Shown here one piece after another: positions 13,811-26,914 of a DNA stretch of 64,000 nt (position 1 is the first letter of the stretch; each line of letters starts with the position of its first letter). The notes below the pieces were generated by a model. That model saw only the letters and a program-made list of their open reading frames with translations. It was not told the origin of the DNA and ran no database searches. Source of the stretch: Octopus vulgaris (Eukaryota); the NCBI GenBank assembly GCA_951406725.2, contig OX597826.1:61628001-61692000 (forward strand), in the 5' to 3' direction. The translations under genes were made by a program, and so were the position numbers.

Positions 13811-14737
13811 AGTTTTATTTTTAGTAACGCTCCCTTTTCTCTTACTAATAATGTTGAGCTTGCATTCTATGCCTTCACAGTTAACCTCATTATTATTAAT
13901 TTTCTGTCTGGAGTCTTATCATTAATCTAAGATTATTCATGTCAGTTTGTTTACTGCTTGCATTATTATTTACTATGTCAATATTTCCTTTGCCAATCCT
14001 GACACTTTTATTGTTTTCTTTTATGTTTGTTGTTGCTATTGTTAGTATTAGTATTTATATTAATTTTATCAATATTTATATATTATCAATTTTGTTGTTA
14101 ATATTACGCTTATCGCCTTTTCTTTTTATAGATTGTATGTTTATATGTTTAGATCCTAGCGGTGAGTCTCTTAGATTTATTCCCTTCCTTCGTTTATCGT
14201 GTAAGTCACATTATCGTTCATTTTTTCGCCATTTTGGTCATTTAATTATTCATTTATATTTACTCGAAAATAATGATGATGGAAATCTCCATAGCGACAA
14301 CTGTATTTTCAAAAATATAAAGTACTTATATTGAAGAAGAACCAACGATAAACACTAGTAAAGGAAAAATTTCCAGTAACGTTAATTGTGTTTGTGCAAA
14401 ACTGGTGTACGCTTGGATAATATATCACTAAGAAAGAACAAATTCTTTCTGTACAGATTTACACACACACACGCACAGAGGTGGAGGTGCTGAATAGCTC
14501 CTGGATTTAAGGGTGTCGCGAAAGGCCTGGTTGGAGGCCTAACCTTCCGAGTTGCTTTAAAGGTGGTCTTAGAAAATCTGCTGGACCGCTACAGTAAGTG
14601 TGTCAGACTGAGAGGGGAATATGTTGAATAAAACCATAATTAACTGATCCTCCTGTATTTTCAAGTATCCAAAGCCAGGAACCCAGGAACCTTACAGCAC
14701 CGTCTCGTATGTGTTTGTGTGTGTGTGTGTGTGTGTA

Positions 14738-14782
<45 letters not shown>

Positions 14783-14854
14783 ATAATAAAGGATAAAATC
14801 AATTAATTATTAATTATTTTCAGTATGTGGCAAAGTAAATTATTTTACTGAGCC

Positions 14855-14899
<45 letters not shown>

Positions 14900-17200
14900 G
14901 CAAACAGAAAAAGGAGTGTATATTATATGAGGGAAACAGGACAAGGAGTGTGCTAAGGTCACCAGACAGATAAACACTGTCTTTCTCGGCGACAGAAAAG
15001 CAGTGGGATGATCTTCATGATGTATTCAACTGATACCCGAATCCATCTTATAGGTGACAGCAGGTGCTTGACCTAACTTCACAAGTCAACGATGCTCAGT
15101 ACGTGCAGAAAAGTTTAGTCGCTCTGCGTATGTGTCTGGTAAGTCCAGCTGATAGCACTACCATGCCTGTAGAGTAATGCCTCTCCACCCCAGTAGCACA
15201 GCCAGACCAAAACTTTATGGCTCCAAGACAGATCAGCTTGTTGATTCTTATCGAGGCCCAGAATACTACCAATAAACCCCTTGTGCCTGGTGTCTAACAC
15301 GATGATGGTGGCATCGTCAACGTATGATTATACAGTTCTTTCACTCCAAGTACTTGCAGAATGCCCTTTTGAATCTCTAGTTTTCGCAGCAGTAGCTCAA
15401 GGGCAATATCTACAGAATAGACGAAAGAGGAAGATTTGACGGACTGAACGTATGATGACGAATGGTTCTGATAGGTTGCCAAGGCAGAGGACGAGACCAA
15501 GACTAATTGCTATGAGAACAGGCGCCAGGGTTTGGTGATCTAACCTATTGTAAGATTTTGATGGATACAAAATTTAGAATCTAAGGTGATCAGGAATTCA
15601 CCTACACTTCTTGCAATACATGTTTCGCACGAGGTGTAGGTTGTCGAAGATAGATCTATTCAGGGAGGTGCGTGTTTGCGCATCCCCAGGGGCCGACCTC
15701 TTTGCTAATTCCTTGGCCAAAAGTTTGAAGTATGCGTTTTATAGTTATGGGTCTAAAATCCTTTATTTGTTCCTCCTTGTTTAGTTTCTTTCTGTTGGAA
15801 CTGAAATCTATCCTGCATTCCGACCCACCATTTGTCTAGAACAGTCAATGAAGTGGTGCTGAAACACCGAATACATCTGCTTGAGTAACCTGTGGCCATT
15901 ATGTTCCACCATAGACCGAATTGTCTTTGTTGCTACCTTGCACCTCAGCCACTTGGGTCCATCATCCAGCTTTGTCCCTTTGTGTCTTAGAGTACAAGCC
16001 TTAGCCTTAAACATGCAGCCATCGTGCTTCACACATAATAATTGGCCAAGAGCCTATCTTATCGAGACTACCTCGATTGCAATGCCTATCCAAAGTGCCC
16101 CTTCTAAGTTACTATTCACTTTTAATTTATCTTCACAATTAAATCTAATTGATTCTAATCCAGTCGCTTTTCTCAGGACGAACCGCCATTTGTTGCTTAT
16201 AATTGATCCCTTAAAGGCCGCTTAACTAATTCGCTCTCTGCAAGCTCGGCGCGCTGGGTCGACGCGTTCTGCTTCCAGGAACCGGGGCCCTACTACGACG
16301 TCTACCTATGTCGACCATATAGGTCCCAAGTTGTGGTCAGTGTAGCTGGCAAATTTAAGTTTTGGACAACATATACATATACTACCCCAAACTTTTTGCT
16401 ATCTTTCTGTTGATAATGTTGTTGTGAGGGATTCTAATGAAGTTGTTTTTGCTGCTGTATAGTTGTGGAAGCCGTAGATATTCGTATGTTCTCTGTTGCG
16501 TTTGCATTTGTTGCATCCACTATTGTTATTGTTGTTGTTACTGCTACTGTCGTCGGTGCTGCTGTGATTGCAGTTGCTTCTACAGCTGTTTCACTGTTGC
16601 TTTTCAGCTGTAGTGATTACCTATTTTTGCTGGTGCTGTTGTTGTTGTTATTATTGTGGTGGTGGTGTCGTCAGCAAAACAGGGTGCGCACTTCTCTCTT
16701 TTGTTGTGGGCAGAAAGCTTTGGGGTGATTTGCGTTACCACACAGGGGACATCTTGCTTTCTGCCCTCAACAGCCGAAGCTTTGTGCCATTTAGTAGGCT
16801 TATGTAATATGGGATGGCCTCGACGCTTGGGTGGTCTGCTCCTACTGATAGTTGCATTATCAATCCTAATCAGTTCTGCTTCTGCATTCTCTCTGTTCGT
16901 AGAATAGTAGTTTTCGCTTCTATGTCGGAAAGAATCGCAGCCACCAACCAGCAACTGTGTATATCGGTCTATTATTATGCTTAGTAAGATAAATGGTAAA
17001 AGGTAAATGGGGGATGTTAGATGATTTTTGGCCACCTCCTCTGACACGAACCTCACTTAGACAGTTTCCGCTAGACGCATAGATTTTGCTTTTCCAAATT
17101 GGTCTTAGATGCAAAAATCAAGTATTTGGAGTGCAAAGCTTTCTTTACGGAATTCTCTAATTTGCTGGTGTGCTACCTGCTCTGCTCTTTTACTTTTGAC
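14900..17200 (-). mobile_element. Heavily degraded Tx1/L1-like LINE
   Basis: NAYFKLLAKELAKR..RSIFDNLHLVR (RT, ~15625-15740) and YRHGSAISWT (pre-zinc-finger, ~15140-15190). A possible ORF1 remnant lies at 16604-17056. Confidence 0.6.
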
Positions 17201-17204
17201 TCCA

Positions 17205-17668
17205 ATCATTTTATAGAGAATTGTCTGCAAATCAATTTTTTGCTGGACAGACAGTCACTTGCTTGACCTTAACCAGTTGAGCATGTCCATTAGTGTCGGA
17301 CGATATATGCATCTCTGATCACAAGCAAGAGTAGTGGGGAAACATCATAGTCATGTATTGAGAGAAATTCTTAATGGTTTGAATAGTTTACCTCTGGAAA
17401 CATGGCTGTTTCATTCATCATCTTTAAGCAACCTTCACTCAGCGACCTTTTGAGCAGGATGGACTACTCGACCCGAAAAAAAATTCTAACTGGGCCCCAC
17501 CTGCAAGGTCATGCGCTATTTATCTTGACATGAGGTCACCATATCGCCCACATATGGTTGTGAGGCATGTGCCTGGTGTACACTTATCAGACAGGTAGTC
17601 GTGATGGATATATTGGGCTTCGTATATTTGTACACGAATGTCCCTTTGATTACATGCATCGTTCTCTC
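17205..17668 (+). mobile_element. Non-autonomous (TAA)n-associated element, older truncated copy
   Basis: Aligns to the reverse complement of 49234-49789 and ends directly in a (TAA/TGA/TAG)n array at 17669-17930. Confidence 0.8.
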
Positions 17669-17783
17669 AATAATAATGATAATAATTGTAATAATGATAA
17701 TAATAATAATGATAATAATGATAATAATAATAATGATAATAATAATAATGATAATAATAATAATGATGATAATAATAATGATG

Positions 17784-17817
<34 letters not shown>

Positions 17818-18067
17818 TAATAATAATAATGATAATAATGATAATAATAATAATAATAATAATAATAGTAATAATAATAGTAATAATAATAGTAATAATA
17901 ATAGTAATAATAATAGTAATAATAATAATGTTAACGAAAAAAGTATGTGGCAAGAAGATTGCTTTCCAACTGCATGATTCTGGATTCAGACCCTCTGCGT
18001 GGCACCTTGGGTTTGCCAAGTTCTTGTGAGTGGATTTGACAGACAGAAAGTGAAAAAATACCGTCGA

Positions 18068-18117
<50 letters not shown>

Positions 18118-18266
18118 GTATTTATGTGTGTGTGTGTATATATAAAATACATGCAGAAACACACACACAAGTATGTCCCATTCATACGTATATGTAAATA
18201 CATGCATGTATGTGTCTATATGCACACACACACACACATAATGTATGTATATATGTTTGTGTAAAG

Positions 18267-18303
<37 letters not shown>

Positions 18304-18372
18304 TGAGAGAGAGAGAGAGAGAGAAAGAGGTGAAGATACTTTGTTTAATTGTTTAAACATTTTGTATTTCAG

Positions 18373-18508
18373 TTACCTTTCTTCTGTGTATACCAGTATG
18401 CCATGGTTGTTTACTTGATGCAAAAATCAAGTATTTGGAATGCAAATCTTTCTTTACGGAATTCTCTAATATTAATGAGTTAACAAATAAACTCGATTAT
18501 TTATGCAG
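18373..18508 (+). CDS. Exon A of putative secreted/GPI-anchored Cys-patterned protein (end of signal peptide)
   Basis: tttgtatttcag acceptor and AG|gtaagt donor; 136 bp, phase 1 to 2; TFLLCIPVCHG-CLLDAKIKYLECKSFFTEFSNINELTNKLDYLC. Confidence 0.8.
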
Positions 18509-18589
18509 GTAAGTTGATATGTCCGCTACTTTCTTAAAGGTCAATAATTCTCAAGCTTATTCTAAAGATCGTTCCCCTTTCTATTACTT

Positions 18590-18820
18590 ATTTCTTTTTG
18601 CCCACAAGGAGCTAAACATAGAGGGGACAAACAAGGACAGAGAAACGGATTAAGTCGATTACATCGACCCCAGTGCTTAAGTGGTACTTAATTTATCGAC
18701 TCCGAAAGGATGAAAGGCAAAGTCGACCTCGGCGGAATTTGAACTCAGAACGTAGCGACGGGCGAAATACCGCTAAACATTTCCCCCGGCGTGCTAACGA
18801 AACTGCCCGCTCGCCGCCTT
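18590..18820 (-). mobile_element. SINE family A copy (further diverged copies at 18863-19280)
   Basis: Reverse complement of 7187-7415. Confidence 0.85.
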
Positions 18821-20133
18821 AAGGATTGTATTTATATTGGAAGTTAATATACTGCGGTATTAAGGCGGCGAGCTGACAGAATCGTTACCGCCCCGGAAAA
18901 AGTGCTTAGCAGCATTTTCTTTGGCTGTACGTTCTGAGCTCAAAGGCCGGGGTCGCCTTTGCTTTTCATCCTTTTGGGATGGATAAAGTAAGTACGAGTT
19001 GAATATTGGGGTCGATTTAATCCATTTAGAACATCCCCAAAATTAGTGGCATCGTGCCAAAATTTGAAACAAATATACTATGGTATAAAGGCGGCGAGTT
19101 GGCGGAATCTTTAAGACGCCGGGTAAAATGTTTAACGGCATTTCGTCCATCTTTACGTTCAGAGTTTAAAGTCCACCTATTTCGACTTTGCGTTTCACCA
19201 CTTTGGATCAATAAAATCAGTATCAGCTGAATACTAGGGTCGATGTAACCAATTTACCCAACCCCTAAAATCGCTGTGGTATTTGCAATCACGGTAGAAC
19301 ATCGTCTTCTATATTTCGTTTGTTTCTTTATGATTTGCGTTCAAATTTCGCCAGAGCTAGAATTGATCTCTTTACAAGTAGGGCAAAGCCTCTAGACAAG
19401 CAGTATACTAGAAATGCAGTCTAACCTCATTCACATCTACTGTCTTCAATAAATTATAAAGATACTTAAAATAATGTAATCGTTTCCTTCACGCACAAAA
19501 AAACAGATGGGATGGCTATGACTGGAACCCCACTGAACATGACTATGTTAATAAGGGCTGAAATAGCAATAGAGCAGGGCGTGAGCAAGTGGCTTTTCTA
19601 TGTTTAGTGACATTAAATTTGTAATGGTCAAATTCAATTCTGGTGGAATTACTGTTTATTAATCATTTTAATTAATTCGTTCATTATTGGTTCATAAAAA
19701 AAAACAAAAAAAAACGTTCTTTACATCCTATTTAACGTGGATATTCTATCCAAAGCCACTAAACAACAATATTCATCTTGAGGAAGCTTCTTTGTAAATA
19801 CGTATAGTGCTAAAAAGTACACCACCACCACCACCACCACCACCACCGCCGCCGCCGCCGCCGCCACTGATATTTCTGTGACTTTTCGCAGTATACATCT
19901 ATACTAGATACTTTCTCAAAAACAAATACCGCAGTACTGTGGCTTCTACAGTATATCCACTTTAAGTACGATATACAGAGTGCTATTTTAATTGTTGTCT
20001 TACTGGCGGGTTGGGGGGGGTCATTTCTATAAAATACTGCATGCTGCAGACATACATCATATGGTGAATGAACCTAAAAGTCATATCTTGTCAAAGGAAA
20101 AGCATATCAGTATAACTTTATTTCTGTTTCTAG

Positions 20134-20282
20134 TGATAAACCAAGTGACAAACAAAAGATTCTTGACTGCCAACGTAACGCAACAAATGGGTGTGACGAA
20201 TTTTCCGAGCAAGACTTTCTTAAAGGAACTGATGTCGATATCTATGATGAACTTAACAAAAAATTGTGTGAACACAAACAAG
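20134..20282 (+). CDS. Exon B of the same gene
   Basis: tttctgtttctag acceptor and G|gtaaga donor; 149 bp, phase 2 to 1; (S)DKPSDKQKILDCQRNATNGCDEFSEQDFLKGTDVDIYDELNKKLCEHKQ. Confidence 0.82.
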
Positions 20283-20628
20283 GTAAGATCTTAGTTTTTC
20301 ATCTTTCTCAGAGGTAAAGGGGGATTTTTTTCCTTTTGAACGGCACTTTTTAACACAATTTCTAGTTAAACTAAACACTTTTAAACTTCGTATACTGGTA
20401 GAATGTGTTTATAAAACATCATTTTTTCTTGGCTTTATTGAGAAGAAAATTCTATATGTTGTAACATATTTCGTCTTTAATTTCGAGCATTTCGGCAATT
20501 TTAACCAATCGCTTACGTTCATTTAGGTAAATAACATTCTGTGCATAATGAATATGTCCCTCCTTTAAGAAACAGATTGGGTTTATTTACATTTGTGAAG
20601 AAAAAAGATACCCTTCCCCCACCCCTAA

Positions 20629-20895
20629 CTAACCCTAACTAACTAACTAATCCTAACTCTCACCCTAAATCTAAAATAGATTGAAATGCAATAGATCGAT
20701 ACTAGGGTTATAATTATGGGTGACAATTTCATACGACACCGCTACGGAAAATGGGATTTTTTTTCTAGCGGTGTCAAATGAAAATGTCACCCATAATTAT
20801 GGCCCTAGTATCGATCTATTGCATTTCAATCTATTTTAGATTTAGGGTTAGAGTTAGGGTTATTTAGGGTTAGAGTTAGGGTTAGTTAGGGTTAG
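20629..20895. repeat. ~265-bp hairpin with telomere-like (TTAGGG-variant) ends
   Basis: The left arm ctaaccctaac...gacaccgcta pairs with the right arm tagcggtgtc...ttagggttagttagggttag. Confidence 0.9.
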
Positions 20896-20899
20896 ATAA

Positions 20900-21138
20900 A
20901 ATACCTATTTCTTTACTACCCACAAGGGGCTAAACACAGACAGGACAAACAAGAACAGACAACCGGATTAAGTCGATTTTATCGACCCCAATGCGTAACT
21001 GGTACTTATTTAATTGACCCCGAAAGAATGAAAGGCAAAGTCGACCTCGGCGGAATTTGAACTCAGAACGTAGCGGCAGACGAAATACTGCTAAGCATTT
21101 CGCCCGGCGTGCTAACGATTCTGCCAGTTCGCCGCCTT
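20900..21138 (-). mobile_element. SINE family A copy
   Basis: Full head-to-tail match to family A. Confidence 0.85.
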
Positions 21139-21139
21139 C

Positions 21140-22170
21140 ACACCAGCAATATTTCAGCAAGTGATGGACATTGTGTTAGCAGACTGTGAGTTTGGGGTCT
21201 CATACTTGGATGACATATTAATCAAAAGTTAATCGACGGACCAGCATATTGAACAAAAAATGTTTTCAGAAGAATAAGCGACTATGGATTTAAAGTAAGT
21301 GAAAATAAATGCGATTTTTTAAAAATAAAAATAAAGTACTTGGGACAGGTGATCAATGAAAACAGATAAAAACCGAACTCTTCTAGGGTCGACGCGATAA
21401 AATTATGCCTGTTCTCACTAACAAAACAACATTGCAAGCATTTTTGTGTCTGGTAAGTTAGTACCAGCTATACATACCTAAAATGTATGAGCTAAGAGCT
21501 CCGTTGAATAATTCGTTAAAGAAAGACACAAAATGGGACTGAACAAACGAATGTCGGAAAGCATTCGAGGAATTAATAAAGAGGTTAACATCAGAGTTAT
21601 CGTTAACTCATTTCGACCCAAACCTGTAAATAATTGTGGCATCGGATGCCAGTGAATATGGTATTGGAGCTGTGATATTGCATAAATTTAATGATGGTAA
21701 AATCAAAGCTATTGCACATGCATCAAGAGTTCTACCAGCAGTAAAAAGCTATACCCAGATCGGAAAGAGACTTTATCATTAATTTCCGCAGTAAGGAAAT
21801 TCCATAAATTCCTACACGGTAGAAAGTTCACACTCCAAACTGATCACCAACCGTTACTGTCTGTTTTCGGTTCGGAAAAGGGTATCCCCACGCATTCAGC
21901 AAACTGTTTACAGTGCTGTTGAACTATGATTTTCAGATGAAGTTTTTGCCATCAAAGAAAATGGGACATGCAAATGGGTTATCTAGGCTAATTTCAGAAT
22001 ATAAAGAACCTTTTGAAGAAAAGGTGATTGCATCGTTAAAACTAGAAATGGAACTGAAGAACAATTTGTGCAATGTAGTATGCGATTTGCCGGTAACGCT
22101 AGAAGAAATTAAATTTAAATAGGAAAAAGATATGTTCACAAACAAGATTTAAAAAGTACTCTTGGAAAGT
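21140..22170 (+). mobile_element. Ty3/Gypsy LTR retrotransposon pol remnant (RT end and RNase H)
   Basis: [56 protein letters not shown] and GHANGLSRL, with many stops. Confidence 0.9.
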
Positions 22171-23369
22171 AATACGAAAAATAATATAAATGAGCGGAAC
22201 CAGAACGAAGAAAGTTAATTGATGAGCCAACGGCCTAGAAATTGCAATACAAGTTGAATTAAAAGACCTAAATGGAATTGTATAAGAGATTCTTCTACCG
22301 GAAGACATTACGCTAAGAGTGGTGGTGGAGGGAAGACCTCCAACATGTTTTCTATGTAAACAAAAAGGACATATGAAAGCAAAGTGCCCTCAGTAAGAAA
22401 GTGAAGTAGAGGAACAACAACGCGAAGAGCAGCCTGCCGAAGAAGAGGGGACGGAAATAAAGAAAAAATAATAAAGAGGTGACGTTTATTGAACTGGTGA
22501 GCTCTCCGACAGAGAACCAAAAACGAAAGAAGGAAGTAGAGGAGAAAATAGAGGAGGTATAGAGAGACTGGTCAGATATACCAGCAGAAGAATTGTAAAA
22601 TAGAGTGGAAGATCTAATCGTGGATGGTTATGGGAAAGAAACTGTCATAATATATCCTCATAGTATTAAATAAACACACGCCCTTGAAACAATCTTAGGG
22701 TAAAATACTGATGAGTATTTATGACGCATATTCAAACGTGCGATGGCGCTGGCTGTTATATTTTGATTCGGAGATGTGTTTTAAAAACATATGGCTTCGT
22801 TCATTACGACGGTGGATTTGGCAGACATGATATTTTCACCAGATTTGATCTCATCAATAGCTGTTTATAGTGTCAAAACATTCAGACAGATCGACAAATA
22901 AATTCAACAGGTTTTGTTCTTGCTAACTGCAATTTCATCTAAAATTGTCTTGAAACAAATATCGTTTCGACTGTGCTCTGTGTCTTTGTAGAAGAAGCGT
23001 CAATGTGACTCTCTTATGACGTTTTTACAAATCGGACCAGTTATTTTAACCGTCGTTATGACTTTTCCAGTAACCGAGTGTAATCTTAGCCAGAACTTTT
23101 TCAGTATAAACTTAGCTAAGCTCTTTACAGCTTAGCTTCCGCTAGGATCTTTCCAGCGATAGACTGTTGTTCCATATCTGTAGTTTCGGTAGAAACATAT
23201 TTATCTTGCTTGTTATTTTTTGATAATGATAATGTTCCTGTACATACGTTTCCATACCTATGTGCGCGGGATGTGACAATAATGTGCTCTTGTGCAGAAG
23301 TAACATTATTCTTTCAAGATGTCTGATGCAATACGCGCGCGCGCGCAGACACACACACACAGACACTCA

Positions 23370-23606
23370 TATATTTCATTTATTACATGTGTCAATTATT
23401 AGACTGCGGTCATGCTGGGGCATTGCCTTGAAGGATTTCAACCGAATGACTCGACCCTAGTACTGTTTTAAGCCTAGTACTTATTCTATAGTTCTCTTTT
23501 GTCGAACTGCTAATATACAGGCACGTAAACACACCAACACCGTTTGTCAAGCGGTGGTTGTGGGGAAACAAACACAAAGACACCCACACTCACACACATG
23601 CACTCT

Positions 23607-23643
<37 letters not shown>

Positions 23644-23845
23644 ATGTATGTATGTATGTATGTATGCATGTATGCATGTATGCATGCATGCATGTATGTA
23701 TATTTCAATTTCCGTCTACAAATTCCACTCACAAGGCTCTGGTCGGACCGAGGCTATAGTAGAAGACACTTGCCCCATGTACCATGCTGTGGGACTGAAC
23801 CTGGAACCACGTGGTTGGGAAGTAAGCTTCTTAGCACACAGCCAT
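23370..23845 (-). mobile_element. SINE family C (tRNA-like head, internal microsatellite, aaaagagt tail)
   Basis: Same blocks at 6958-7126, 10725-10823, 11563-11707, 17940-18068, 26190-26420, 37207-37300, 38010-38180, 44474-45093 and 58948-59385. Confidence 0.8.
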
Positions 23846-23966
23846 GTGTATAAGAACACATACTTACTTACATGCTGCATGCATGCATACATAAACACAC
23901 ATCTGTATACGAATTTGAAATGTAAGATATTCGAGTAAATCTCATTTTTGCTTCTTTCTGTTTCAG

Positions 23967-24090
23967 ATGTACGCGACAAGCTCCCGTGTTATAATAATAG
24001 AAGGGCGAAATTTAATGTATCTGTCTTCATCGAGGAGTTACATGAAGAGAGACAGGACAATAATATTACAATACTACAAAATACATGTGG
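23967..24090 (+). CDS. Exon C of the same gene
   Basis: ttctttctgtttcag acceptor and GG|gtacgt donor; 124 bp, phase 1 to 2; (D)VRDKLPCYNNRRAKFNVSVFIEELHEERQDNNITILQNTC(G). Confidence 0.82.
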
Positions 24091-24146
24091 GTACGTAATT
24101 ACAACATATTTAATTTTTTTTTAATTTTATAGTACTTGACTGAGGG

Positions 24147-24530
24147 TGGAGGCGCAATGGCCCAGTGGTTAGAGCAGCGGACTCGCGGTCGTAGGATCGC
24201 AGTTTCGATTCCCAGACCGGGCGTTGTGGGTGTTTATTGAGCGAAAACACCTAAAAGCTCCACGAGGCTCCGGCAGGGGATGGTGGTGATCCCTGCTGTA
24301 CTCTTTCACCACAACTTTCTCTCACTCTTACATCCTGTTTCTGGTGTATCTGTATTTCAAAGGGCCGGCCTTGTCACTCCCTGTGTCACGCTGAATATCC
24401 CCGAGAACTACGTTATGGGTACACGTGTCTGTCGAGTGCTCATCCACTTACACGATAATTTCGCGAGCAGGCTGTTCCGTTGATTCGGATCAACCGGAAC
24501 CCTCGTAGTCGTAACCGACGGAGTGCTTCC
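24147..24530 (+). mobile_element. tRNA-derived SINE family B, full length
   Basis: A-box tggcccagtggtt, B-box gtttcgattcc and 3' end gtaaccgacggagtgcttcc. Confidence 0.85.
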
Positions 24531-24796
24531 ACATTCCACTTGACTGAGGATTGAGAATATGATACAGAGCGTTGGACAGTGTTTAGTCTAATCACTCATC
24601 CTTCTGAAATTCGGATCCTGCATGAAGTCTACTATGAGAAGTAAACCATACACGCGCACACACGCACACACACGCACACACACGCACAAACACACACACA
24701 CACACAAACACATGCGCACACCCATACACACATATGCCTCACACTTTCACACATATTTCTCGTTTGACAGATGTTAGTGTTGATATTATGTTGATA

Positions 24797-25820
24797 TACC
24801 TATTTCTTTACTACCCACAAGGGGCTAAACACAGAGAGGAGAAACAAGGACAGGCAAACGGATTAAGTCGATTATATCGACCCCAGTGCGTAACTGGTAC
24901 TTATTTAATCGACCCCGAAAGGATGAAAGGCAAAGTTGACCTCGGCGGAATTTGAACTCAGAACATAAAGACAGACGAAATACCCATTTCTTTACTACCC
25001 ACAAGGGGCTAAATATAGAGGGGACAAATAAGGACACACAAACGGATTAAGTTGATTACATCGACCCCAGTGTGTAGCTGGTACTTAATTTATCGACCCA
25101 GAAAGAATGGCCCAGTGGTTAGAGCAGCGGACTCGCGGTCGTAGGATCGCGGTTTCGATTCCCACAAAGTCGACCTCGGCGGAAATTGAACTCAGAACGT
25201 AAAGGCAGGCGAAATACCTGTTTCGTTATTACCCACGAGGGGCTAAACACGCCGGGCGAAATGCGTAGCCGTATTTCGTCTGCCGTTACGTTCTGAGTTC
25301 AAATTCCGCCGAGGTCGACTTTGCTTTTCATCCTTTCGGGGTCGATTAAATAAGTACCAGTCACGCACTGGGGTCGGTATAATCGACTTAATCCGTTTGT
25401 CTGTTCTTGTTTGTCCTCTCTGTGTTTAGCCCCTTGTGGGTAGTAAAGAAATAGGTATTTCGTCTGCCGCTACATTCTGAGTTCAAATTCCGCCGAGGTC
25501 GACTTTGCCTTTCATCCTTTCGGGGTCAATAAATTAAGTACCAGTTATGCACTAGGGTCGATGTAATGGACTTAATCCGTTTGTCTGTCCTTGTTTGTCC
25601 CCTCAATGTTTAGCCCCTTGTGGGTAGTAAAGAAATAGGAATTTCGTCTGCCGATACGTTCTGAATTCAAATTCCGCCGAGGTCGACTTCATCCTTTCCT
25701 CCTTTCGGGGTCGATAAATTAAGTACCAGTTACACACTAGGGTCGATCTAATCGACTTAATCCCTTCGTCTGTCCTTGCTCGTCCCCTCTATGTTTAGCC
25801 CCTTGTTGGCAATAAAAAAT
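24797..25820. mobile_element. Cluster of tandem SINE family A units (minus array, then plus array)
   Basis: ~185-bp units joined at aaagaaat|aggtatttcgtctg. Confidence 0.85.
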
Positions 25821-26654
25821 AAGAATTCTTACTACGCCGGAGTAAAGGCATAGCGGCGTTTCTTTTAAACTTTACGCACTGAGTTCAAATGTCGTCGCCT
25901 AGACTTTGCGTTTCACCTTTTTCGGGGTCGACATAATATGTACCAATTGAGCATTGGGGTCGATGTAATCGATTTACTACTTCCCTTAAATTGATTCTCT
26001 CTGTGGATGAGAAAGATATCTCCTCCTCCTTATTATTGCTATTATTATTATTATTACTATTATTATTGTTACTATTATTATTATTACTATTACTATTATT
26101 ACTATTATTATTATTATTATTATTGTTATTATTATTAGTAAGAAGCATGTGTTCAGATTGTTGTTTAGACCTTCATATATATATATATATATGTGTGTGT
26201 GTATGTGTTTGTGTGTCTGTGTTTGTCCCCCTAGCATTGCTTGACAACCGATGCTGGTGTGTTTATGTCCCCGTCACTTAGCGGTTCGGCAAAAGAGACC
26301 GATAGAATAAGTACTGGGCTTACAAAAAGAATAAGTCCCGGGGGTCGAGTTGCTCGATTAAAGGCGGTGCTCCAGCATGGCCGCAGTTAAATGACCGAAA
26401 CAAGTAAAAGAGTATAAGAGTATATAAAACATGATGCAAAGATTTGCCGCATATAGGTTGTGGGTCTGTGTTTCCAGTTAAATCTCAAATATAAAATATT
26501 GTGATTTATACACGAGCAAATACAGACTCTTTATTGTAAATATATAATTTCTATTTAAAAAGAGGAAAACTTCAGTACACCCTGTCAGCAAACTATATTA
26601 AATTAGGCTCCAATCTCATACATTAAATTTGGCACTGACCTCATATTTCACATA

Positions 26655-26871
26655 TACGAGAAGGTGCTGAAAAGTTCTTGGCTTTGGGTAAATGAAAATA
26701 CAGAAGGATCAGTTAATTATGATTTTATTCAACATATTCCCCTCTCAGATTCACACACTCATTGCAGTGGTCCTTCACTTTTCTAAGCCTTGTAGTGGAA
26801 CTCGGAAGGTTGGGCCTGCAATCAGGCCTTTCATGATACCCGTAAAGCCAGGAAATTTTCAGCACCCCATG
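26655..26871. mobile_element. Mariner-type MITE (copies at 38314-38534 and 44134-44369)
   Basis: TIRs tacgag..ggtgctgaaaagttc(c/t)tggcttt / aaagccaggaa..ttttcagcacc and a shared interior in three copies. Confidence 0.75.
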
Positions 26872-26914
26872 AAACTGAAACTAAACTTCAATTTGGTATT
26901 TTTTGCCTTTACAG

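Noticed and set aside
20621-20895. True telomere or chromosome fusion site
   Set aside because: The repeats are short, degenerate and face outward around a hairpin, not head-to-head TTAGGG/CCCTAA arrays.
22730-22860. Tc1/mariner transposase remnant (DGA..SPDL)
   Set aside because: Only two tiny motifs in broken frames and no TIRs found.
24797-25820. CRISPR-like repeat cluster
   Set aside because: The units are whole SINE copies, with no unique spacers and no cas genes, in eukaryotic DNA.
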